Of a stretch of 64,000 bases of DNA, positions 53,603 to 64,000 are shown one piece after another. The DNA comes from Octopus vulgaris (Eukaryota). The stretch is taken from the NCBI GenBank assembly GCA_951406725.2, contig OX597825.1, positions 28,768,001 through 28,832,000 of the forward strand, in the 5' to 3' direction. A program made the position numbers and the translations under genes. The notes beneath the pieces are model-generated. The model was not told where the DNA came from and ran no database searches. It was given only the letters and a program-made list of their open reading frames with translations. How positions within the stretch are numbered: the first letter of the stretch is position 1; each line of letters begins with the position of its first letter.

Positions 53603-53609
<7 letters not shown>
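53336..53609. mobile_element. Fold-back fragment between (TA)n tracts
   Basis: 85-bp arms 53429-53513 / 53525-53609, one mismatch, 11-nt loop, plus about 90 bp of unpaired extension. Confidence 0.75.
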
Positions 53610-53667
<58 letters not shown>

Positions 53668-53668
<1 letters not shown>

Positions 53669-54132
53669 CTGTAACTAATCTGCACAATCTCTGATTACTC
53701 ACGGATGGTGATTCGAAGATTTCCCCTCACAGCTGCACGCACATTTGTGATGTTTTCCTCAATTTTGTTACTTTCGGGTCTCCAAGAACGACCGTCAATA
53801 TCGACATTTTGTCGGGCATCTTGGAAACTTCTGAAACACTCATACGCTTGTGTGCGGCTCATAAACTCCTCTCTATACACTTTCCGCAACTTTGTATAGG
53901 CCTCTGAGCAGGTATCGCTATAACAACATTCGCTGTCATGGTCAATGCTACGATCACACGCTACACACCTTCCTACCATGCACTGCTGTAAACAGCGGAA
54001 GTTAGCTAGAAGGTTAAAATTTAGAGCACATGTACAGCAGAGTTCAAGATTAATTTTGCTAAGTGGCTCCAATCTGTGTACTATAGCTTCGTTACTATGG
54101 CAACAGTCCGAATACTTACTGATCAGACCTCA
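53668..54132 (-). mobile_element. mariner 5' fragment with terminal repeat
   Basis: SEAYTKLRKVY..MSRTQAYECFRSFQDAR..GRSWRP..EENITNVRAAVRGNLRITIRE; terminus TA|tgaggtctgatcagtaagtattcggactg. Confidence 0.85.
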
Positions 54133-54698
54133 TATATACATGTATATGTATACACACACACACGCACACATATATATATATATACAAAAGCAGCATGGAT
54201 GTGACTTTTCAGTTGTGCAAGATTTTTACACTTTTGCACTGATGTGGAAACAACCATCGCTTCTTGCATCAAGGAATTTTTCATTGAGTGGTTTTCCTTT
54301 TGCAGTTACAGCCAGCCATTATATGCAACACACAATATAGATGTTAAAAATCAAGTTATTCTATGCCTCAAGCTTCCAGAGTGAGGAAATGCTTTGCAAA
54401 GAGCCAATCCCATTCTTTAAATAACATACTTTTGCCGACAAAAGTCTAGTTTACCTGATTGGATGCAAACGAAACTGCAGTTATTATAACAGAATTTCCC
54501 TTACCCTAGACAGATGTCTAAACAAAGTCTTAAGTTTTCTCACTCCCAGTTGTTAGATGTCTGTTGATTCTACTTACTTTATTTAATCTGTGAATGGTTT
54601 TATTTTTCGTCCAGCAGGTTGTTCGGCGAAAGACACCCTTCTTACAAAGTAGGCCAGCTAAAATGAATTTAGAAACATACATATAGCATCCAAAAGGA

Positions 54699-54788
54699 CA
54701 TCTTTTTCTTCTGATGATATGCTCATGTCGCATAAATGTAAATTTAATGTTTACTGAGTATTAATTGAAACAGCTGTAAGGGAAGATG
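54699..54788 (+). ncRNA. Type I hammerhead motif, stem II partly eroded
   Basis: catctttttctt-CTGATGA-tatgctca...tgagtattaatt-GAAAC-AGCT-GTA-agggaagatg; followed by an AT-rich tail and (TA)n. Confidence 0.65.
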
Positions 54789-55437
54789 AACTATTTGCTG
54801 TTAATAATAATAAACGATAAGCAACATCGTAATCTCCATTTTCTTCTTTTAAATGAATATGAACTATACATATATATATGTGGAACATAGGCGCAGTGTT
54901 TAGGTATAAGCAGAATTTAGGTTAGTTGAAATATGTGACAAGCATATTTCAACTAACCTAAATTCTGCTCATCTCTAAACACTGTTTTGCACCTATGATC
55001 CGTTAATTTGATCGGGAGATCTACTAGTGTAAATCAGTCAAAGTGGTGACTGAAATATTTATAAAGCTATAGCTTTATTAAGTTCATTCAGTGTTGTCTT
55101 TCCTAGGTACAGCTATTGCCAAGAGTAAAAAAAACCCAAAAAAAACTCGAAACATTGATGTCTGACATTTCCGAGAGATGTCAACACTGAACGAACTTTG
55201 TATTTTCACACCATTTTACCATTAGAGAGATTTTTTGTTCACGGTAACTGCAGTGTATTTGTCTTTACCAGTTGAAATATGAGACAAACATATTTCAACT
55301 AACCTAAATATATATATGTGTGTGTGTTTGTGTGTGTGTGTGTGCGTGTGTGGGCGTGCTTGTGTGTGTGTGATAGATACACACACATATATAGGCATAT
55401 ATATACATATATACACGTGCATATACATATATACACG

Positions 55438-55481
<44 letters not shown>

Positions 55482-55887
55482 CGTACAATTATATATATAT
55501 ATTCATTTATATGTACGTATACATACTTATATACATATACATATGTATATATATATATATTTATACATACATATACATATATACGCATATACACATACAT
55601 ATATACACACACTCACACACGTACACACATGCGCGCACACGCACGTACACACACACACACATACACATACGTATTTAGTGTTTTGTGTGGCTTTTCGAGT
55701 CATTTTAACAGTTATTTCTAGCATTTCCCTGTACTGATTTATATCGCTGTTTATTATTTTACATTTAGGTTTTAATAGCTCACGGGCCACCTATATTATA
55801 ATATATTTAATGTATTAGAGTATTCACTGTATTTATATTCAGATTCATGCATATATACATACATATACATACATACATATATATATA

Positions 55888-56641
55888 TTTTTTTTTCTTT
55901 CTAGTTTCAGCTCAGAGCTGCGGCCATGCTGATGCACCGCCGTTTTGTGCTACACTGTTATTACGACAAACCTCGTCTAATATGTGGCACTTGGTGAAGA
56001 ATAGAGTTTGATATAGCTACTCTCATTTGCACCTCTTGCCGTGAGGTAGGTTCATCTGGGACTCTTGACAGGAAGATGTCCAGCTTTGATTTAAAAACCG
56101 CTACATCTACTTTGTGCAAGTTCCTCAGACTCTTTGGGAGAATATTAAAAAGCTGTGGGCCCTTGAAACCCAGGCTGTTGCAGAAGCTGGTCCTGAAGCG
56201 TGATGGCATTGCTGGGATCTTTGGCACTATGCAGTGTCGTCCCGTTCTAGCATTGGTGTAGCTTACAATGCCAAAATTTGGCACAATTCCTTCCAGGATC
56301 TTCCAGACATATATTACTGCATACCTCTCCCGTCTTCTCTCCAGGGAGTAGAGTCTTAGCTGTTTCAACCTTTCCCAGTAGCTGAGCTGTTGCAAAGAGA
56401 TGATCTTCTTTGTGAATCTTCTCTGGATTGCTTCAAGGTCCGCTGTTAATTTTACACTGGTGGGTGACCATAGCTGTGAGCAGTAATCCAGGCGACTGAG
56501 GACGAATGTCCGCCAGAGGACCATCATGGTTTCCTTATCTCTGGTTCTGAATGTTCTTAGGATCCACCCAGCCAGTCGTCTGCACTTTGTCGCCATCCTG
56601 GTAATGTGCACTTGGAAAGAGGTATCATCACTCATGTCGAT
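55888..56641 (-). mobile_element. 5'-truncated CR1-group LINE 3' fragment in (TA)n
   Basis: WILRTFRTRD, VLSRLDYCSQLWSP, YWERLKQLRLYSLERRRERY, GPQLFNILP, FKSKLDIFLSRVPDEP: homologous to the C-terminus of 7285-9216; 3'UTR hairpin. Confidence 0.92.
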
Positions 56642-56884
56642 ATATATATACACATATACATATACACACATACAAATACTAACTGACGTACCTGGTAATT
56701 GTGAAGTCAGTTATGCAATCACATGAAATTAGTTACCCGATAGTGAGAATTCAAATGAGGTAGCCCCGAGAAGGGTTTTAATGCATTCTCAGAGTATATA
56801 GAACTTAGGAAATACTAATAAAATATGTAAACTAAAATCGTGAAGCATGTTACGTAAAATAAGCAACAGAATATCAAGTAATGT

Positions 56885-56957
56885 TGTAGTACGACTGTTT
56901 CAAGCGGCTCCATTTAATTAAAAAATCAATTTAAATTCAGTGACATCTTCAGCTGCA
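56885..56957 (-). ncRNA. Degenerate type I hammerhead motif
   Basis: tgcag-CTGAAGA-...-GAAAC-AGTC-GTA-ctaca; lies between direct-repeated blocks (56831/57526 and 56773/57609). Confidence 0.5.
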
Positions 56958-58947
56958 CAAATAAATACATAGAATTTTAAACATTAGGACACATGAATAT
57001 ACTTTTACTCAAATATTTTAACAGAGCAAGAAGATGGAAGAAATTCATGTTGTCGCAATTGTAACTAAGAATAGACTACACTTACAAGAATCGCATGAAG
57101 CCTTTTGGGTCATAGTATTATAAGGGATTGTAATTCCTTTCTAATCCATTTATCTCTTAATCAACTACTAAATCTAAGACTAGAAGACTGTCTATTTTTA
57201 ATAAAGGACAAGATTGAGTTGACAACTCATGGCTAGGTATGATCATAAATATCATCATATGTCTCCATTTTCCTCAGGGAGGAATGAACACATTAGGAGT
57301 AGTCACTTAAATATAAGCAACTGTCTATAAAAAGAAGCTGGGTAGGGGTAGGCTCTAAATCATGATGTTAATTACCAGTTAAGGGGACAAGACGCAGGAA
57401 ACCTAAGTTGTTAATACAAAGAAAATTTTATTTTGGGCACTGTGTGTAATTGTTTATAAACAATATTGTTATGCTGTATAGAAATAAAGTTAAATATGTT
57501 AAATATGTCGTAATAAGATATATATACTAAAATCGTGAAGCATGTTACGTAATATAAAGGCTAATCAGATATGAGATAATAACAATACAAAGTAATTAAC
57601 TCTGAAAAGGGCTTTTGTGCATTCTCAGAGAATATTTCCATCAGCAGCGCTAGTGTTTGTATATTCGTGAATAAGTCGCTAACCGGTGACAACACTCCGC
57701 ATGTTATGAATTTTGAAATATATCTCTCCAACACGTGAATTTGGTTACTTATCGTTCACATAAATCGTTGATGGAATGATCTCGATGTTCTAAAGTATAT
57801 CTATTACCTGTCTTACTGTCAATATGAAAGAGAGAAATCATATATGTTTGACATAATTGTGCTTTCATTTGCAAAAGGACTCTAAGGTTGTACCAGAAAC
57901 ACTGGAATGGTTGTGAAAATGTCTTAAACGCTTTGTTCAACTACATTAAAATATCATTGATCAGCTTGCCAATGAGAGTCTGTTTCATTGGTCGGGTAAC
58001 TATGGAAGTTTTACTCACTGTTTTGTTCTGGATCATCTTTGGTAAGGAGTAGGTCGACTAAAATATTCTTATTGGTGAATGACATCGACCAGTCTTTCTA
58101 ATTTTTAAAGGCCGCTTGACAAAATTTCTATCGCCTGCTAAGTATACTAAGATACTTCACATGCAACCCCCCCCCCCCAAAAAAAAAACTTAATATTCCT
58201 CTATTCCGGTTTGTACGAATATTGAATGATAAAATTTAAATAGCTTGCCATCAAGGTACTGTTTTATTTCTGATTCAAGTTTCTAGTTCTGAAAGATTAA
58301 CAACAAAAAAGTAAAAACAAATTTTCCAAGTATCAACAAAAAACTCTAGTTTTGGATAATGTTTATAGATAACTTTGCAACGATTTCTATTTGGCTGAGA
58401 ACAAAGTTCATCAGTCTCCGTGCCAGAAGTGCTTGATGAAATATGGAAAAGGTCATAGTATATAAAAATACTATGTATCAGTCTTAGTTTTCCCCTATGG
58501 CACTGGCCCTGGAACTATCTAAGAACAAATTTTATATCACTAAAGACCCGCCTCAAACAATCCGTATATAGTCCACAAAATCGTGGTTAATATGCTTATG
58601 TTTCTTGCACAATATCTTGCTTGAAACTGACAAACGTGATATATCATGATGTTATATCACGCAGCATCATTGATAATTTTTTATTGAGTAAAACGGAGTT
58701 GACGGAAGCTGGATGCAACCCTTTCGGATAGATTACTTATGTAATATAAATGTCATACTCTGCCTCGTTCCTTCTACACAAAAATTACGTTCAAGATGTT
58801 GGTATCTGTGGAATATTCAACCACTTGCGCGCTGGTACAATGAACAGAGAGTTCGATTGATTAAACAACTGGATCTTCATCCCTTAAACCGACGGAAGAA
58901 AACATTTTAGAACCAACCGGTTAGTGGAGACAGCAGATTAGAGATAA

Positions 58948-59358
58948 CTCTTTTACTCTTTTACTTGTTTCTGTCGTTTGACTGTGGCCATGCTGGAGCA
59001 CCACCTTTAGTCGAGCAAATCGACCCCAGCACTTATTTTTGTAAGCCTTAGTACTTATTCTATCGGTCTCTTTTGGCGAACCGCTACGGTACGGGGACGT
59101 AAACACACCAGCATCGGTTGTCAAGCGATGTTGGGAGGACAAACACAGACACACAAACACATACACACACACATACATATATATACATGTATACGACGGG
59201 CTTCTTTCAGTTTCCGTCTACCAAATCCACTCACAAGGCTTTGGTCGGCCCGTGGCTATAGTAGAAGACACTTGCCCAAGGTGCCGCGTAGTGGGACTGA
59301 ACACTGAACCATGTGGTCGGTAAGCAAGCTACTTACCACACAGCCACTCCAACGCCTA
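58948..59358 (-). mobile_element. SINE family A, full length
   Basis: Complete head, core and tail. Confidence 0.92.
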
Positions 59359-59797
59359 TGTATTTCTTGTCAATAAAAGCAAGCATATGCCAGTGAAATG
59401 ACACGAACCCACGATCTGTCAACTTGGCGAAATAATTTCCAGTTTGGCCTGCACACTAATGATTGGCAAATGTAATGTTGAGGTGAAAAAGTACAGACAA
59501 ACTCTGACTCACGGACGAAGTAAAAGCGTATCATCAAGCAACGAAGATTTCTAAAAAGAAAGAAAAAAAAGAAGCTAAAAACAAACTAGGAAAAAGAAAA
59601 TTTTTTATTCGTGTCTGATTGGTTTACCTAATTTAATTTAGATAAACCATAGCAAGCTTCCGGAAGACGAAAGAAAGGAAGTTAGTTATTTCCTGCTGAT
59701 GATTAGCAAGAATAATTCTATTATCTGTCGACTCCCACATTGTACGGAAGAAAACAAAATCGAAGCAAATTTTGGGTGTGCTTATTAGAATTATATT

Positions 59798-59829
<32 letters not shown>

Positions 59830-60084
59830 CGACTACGACTGCTACTGCTACTGCTACTACTACTACTACTACTACTACAATAGCAACAACACTGACATAT
59901 TTATGAATGTTATGGGACAATTAAATGCTAATGAAATGAGTTGTAAATAACTGCACCTATTGTCCTGTTTCAAGGACATTCATAGAATCGATGTCGATGA
60001 AAAATATATTGGTTTTTATTTTTGACATTTCGTTATATATATATATATGTCTATGTGTATGTGATAACATAGAGAGAAGGGGAC

Positions 60085-60129
<45 letters not shown>

Positions 60130-60759
60130 TGTGTGTGGGAGGGGTAGAAGTCATTTCCTTTGCTTACAGTTTCAAAGTGATGTGTTTAAGCTTCCGTTTT
60201 AAAGGTCAAAGTCCAGCTTGTAGTTTGCCATTCATCCTTAATATGAAAATCGAAGGACGGATAATAAATAAATGTTTAATAGTGATATACGTACACCCAC
60301 CTCGCTACACATTATGAATACACATAACAGGAAACATTAACTCACTTTAACCGGGTTTACAAACTGAATAGGGGCCATTAAATGAAATCATATCCTATCT
60401 TCCAAAATCACTTGATGAAAGGAATGCTTAATCTCTGAGTTTTGAACTATAACTCTAGCCCTAAAAATAGAAGAGGATGCTAGAAGACAGGGTGTGCTCA
60501 CTCGTTTTATACCGACAGCGTAATTTGTTGGTCTGGTGGGAACGCGATGACACATGAGAGTCGCGATCAGTGACATAAACCCGAAAATCATAAACTCATG
60601 GTTAGTCCTGACTTTGGGACACGCAATCCCCAAAATATATTTAGTGTCTACATACACTAGATAGGTAGAAAAAACAACTACCTTCTAAAAAATAATTTTA
60701 AAAATCCCTTAAGAGCGAATGTGTAGGCATATCATCAATAAAAAGAAGCATAACATTTA

Positions 60760-61130
60760 ATATTGGTTTCTAATTTTGGCACAAGGCCAGCAATATCGGG
60801 GGAGAAGATAAGTCGATTACATCGACCCTAGTAATCCACTGGAACTTATTTTATTGATCCCGAAAGAATGAAAGGCGGAATTTGAACTCTGAACGTATTG
60901 TCGGAAGAAATGCCACTAAGCATTTTGTCCGACGCGGTAACGATTACGCCAGCTCCTACCTGCAATGACATTTAATATTTCACAGTCGATCAAATTGCGT
61001 CGAGGTCGACTTTGCCTTTCATTCTTTCGGGGTCGATAAAATATGAACTAGCGAAGCACTGGGGTCGATGTAATCGACTTTCACTCCCAACTCCCGAAAT
61101 TGCAGGCCTGTTGCTAAAACTTGAAGACAA
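60760..61130. mobile_element. Two diverged SINE family D copies, head-to-head
   Basis: Minus copy ~60810-60955; plus copy ~61000-61125. Confidence 0.75.
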
Positions 61131-62700
61131 AATTTCATTTTCGAATGAGGGAAATAAAAATTTCGATTCATAGGAGCAACTCTATTGTCTGGCTGTCTCG
61201 AATGCAGCGATTTCAAGATTTACGATTTGGTGTATGAACATTCGTGGCCTCGTCAGGGTCTGAAATCAGGATTTGCACCTCACCCTTAGACCTCTTGGTT
61301 CCGTTAACGTAACCACCAGAATTACGAAGACATATAGGAGACGTATATTAGATTTCTGTCGGTTTGGGTCATGTAGTGTGGCTATGTTGATTAGGAAGGT
61401 GATGAATGATCTTTCTGAACAAAGATGGTAGATTGGTGATGATAGACGTGACTACAAGTTAGAAGAGTACCCTGAATCGCGAGATGGTAATGTTCCAACA
61501 CAAGAAAGACAACCAGACTTCATCTGCTGTCACGAGACTTTATTAGTATTTATGGGCGAGTAGAAAGTTTTCTTATGTGTATTTGTGTTTTTTTAGAAAG
61601 TTATCTTAGATGGAAGAAGTAGAGCCTCTAAACTATACACAGATAGGTCCAAATGCTTTACAGAAATCGACTGGACCATCCTTGTACACAAACATGAACT
61701 CAAGCAAATCCCAGTAGGTCGTCCTCGTGGTAGTTAGGGTCTTTCTTTAAGAACATTTTCGGATGAGTAGTGGTTGGTTATGCAGACTGCAAATGTTAGG
61801 ATCTATGCTGTCAGTACAATGGAGACACGTAGGGAGCAATGGCGTTACTAGAGGGTGGAATTTTATTTATGTTACAAGCTACATGGATGGGATTAGCGAG
61901 CTGGTGAAGCAGAAGCTGATGAGCAATATTATAAGCATCTAACTGGCGTGGACATGGAAAAGAAAATTGAGTTTAGTTGAAATAAATGGGTCTTGTATCA
62001 CAAAGAGTTATGGTATCCCGATTACATAATCTGTAAAAATTGTCAATTATTTTGTAAAAACCTTCGCTAAAATCGCTATGCATTCAATAGAGTAATAGGC
62101 CCGAAATAAACTAAGAAATATAATCTTGCTCGTGTCCTTGCTTAGAAGCCTTATGGAAGCCTTCCTTAGAAGCCAAGAAGAAATATCATCTTGTTCGTGT
62201 CATTCCCGGTTCGAACGATGGAGTCTTTCCGCTTATCTTCAACAAAACATTTTCAACTATTATTCCCACACCTTCTCTAGCAGATGCAAATTCCTATTTA
62301 AAAGTTTATTGCAAATTAGCTGTTAACTTTCAAATCCGCCTACTGCTTCGCTGTCTTTTTAGCCAGTCTACTTCATCTCATGTCCCCTAGAATCTCTGGC
62401 CTTGTACCAAAATTTACGCTGTGGATGCTAGAATCAGTAAAAAATGAACTAAAGAATTAGTTACCATCTTTTGTGGTATTTGTATGTACGTGTGAGCATA
62501 AAACCTTTGCTTTGATGAAAATAAGCGTGCCCCAGAAAACGCCTCAGAATAGCAGAGATTTTCTGTAAGAATTGTGCTACAAGTATGGATACAATTATTT
62601 TTTTTTAATTATAAAGACTTTTAAAATTACTATATCTTTGTACTAATTGGTTTTATTTAATTTTCCTATTGATTACTTATATAAATATAAATATAAATAA

Positions 62701-62800
<100 letters not shown>

Positions 62801-62861
62801 GTATATGTATATGTATATGAATGTATTTATATGTTTATATATATATGTATATATATATATG

Positions 62862-62898
<37 letters not shown>

Positions 62899-62899
62899 T

Positions 62900-62984
<85 letters not shown>

Positions 62985-63477
62985 CGTTTTACGATACTCG
63001 TATTTGAAGATGTTGGCACCATTCGTTGTTTATTCTCAATCATTAATTTTTTCGGCTTTATATTTCCTATTTGTTAATTTTATCATATTCTGTTGATTAT
63101 CTCTGTAATTAAAAGCAACTATTTACATTCAAATTAGGTAAATGTAAATGGAATATTCCTTTGATCTTTCTGTTCATTTTGTTGCTGTATTTCTGCTGTA
63201 CGTGTTTTATACCGGCTGCGTTGCTGGCTGTTGTTGTTATTGGTGTTGTTGTTGTTGTTGTTGTTCCTCGCCTTACTGCTGTTGTTATCGTTGTTGATGT
63301 TATGTAATTTCGGTTATTTTCTATATTAATGATAGGTTATTAGTCGTCCATCAATATCTACTTAACATGAATGTGCACGTGAATATATATTAAATATAAG
63401 TGCGTATGTTAGTGTATATATTTCTATGCTATTTTACTCGCCTATATCTATATGAAGTTAAGACTGTGTATGTATGC

Positions 63478-63547
<70 letters not shown>

Positions 63548-64000
63548 ATGAATATGTGTGTGGGGGGAAGGTAAGAGTGTGTGTGGGTAAAGGTAAGAGT
63601 GTGTGGGGGTGTATGTGTGCGCATATATATATTTGTGTATGTGTGTGTGCAAATATATGTATATGCAAACATGTCTTTACACACGCACACACACACACAT
63701 ATATATATACATGTATATAACAACGTGTATTTGTATGTGTATAAACACGTGTATTTGTATGCGTGTGTACGTGTGCGTATGTGTATGTGAGCATGTGCAT
63801 ATATGCGAATGTATGCGTTTGTGTGTGTGTGTGCGTGTGTGTGTGTGTGTGTGCGTGTGTGTATGTGTGTGTGTGTGTGTGTGCGTGCGTGTGTGTGAGA
63901 GAGCGTGCGTGTGCGTGAGTCAAGTTGTAAAAAGAACTAAAGAAATCAAATATGTAATTAGCGGTCTTCGAGAAAGCGATTACTGGTGTTTGAAATTGTT

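Noticed and set aside
58372-58420. Minus-strand CTGATGAA...GAAATCGTT
   Set aside because: Stem I absent and stem II ambiguous; cannot support as an HHR.
61190-61262. Minus-strand CTGACGA...GAAAT
   Set aside because: No cleavage triplet in register and no stem I.
61280-61970. Possible decayed L1/Tx1-type coding remnant
   Set aside because: Only vague similarity by eye; no motif I can defend without a search.

Overview
AT-rich eukaryotic non-coding DNA saturated with microsatellites ((TA)n, (CA)n, (GATA)n, (AAT)n, (CATA)n, (TTC)n, (GAT)n, (TAG)n), with a 100-N gap at 25255-25354. The repeat landscape resembles an octopus (coleoid cephalopod) genome; this is inference, not a search result. I see no host-gene exon, and nearly all ORFs in the track are microsatellite or SINE artefacts. 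Recognisable coding sequence is all transposon-derived: a 5'-truncated, still-open CR1-group LINE RT (7177-9216), a second CR1-group 3' fragment (55888-56641), and decayed Tc1, mariner, Sola2-like, hAT-like and Chapaev3-like transposases. At least five SINE or SINE-like families (labelled A-E here) and a TTAA-flanked MITE recur. The most striking unexplained layer is about ten hammerhead-ribozyme (HHR) motifs in short non-coding elements inserted into (TA)n, often as fold-back hairpins, which is the signature of Penelope-like retroelement (PLE) ends. Two sub-systems stand out. One is a tRNA-headed SINE whose tail is an HHR-bearing PLE-type end (2 copies). The other is a family with a permuted, type II-topology HHR carrying a shared non-canonical GAAGAC-NN-GUA core (2 diverged copies with covarying stem I). 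All structures were read by eye; no folding or database search was run, and old-element boundaries are approximate.
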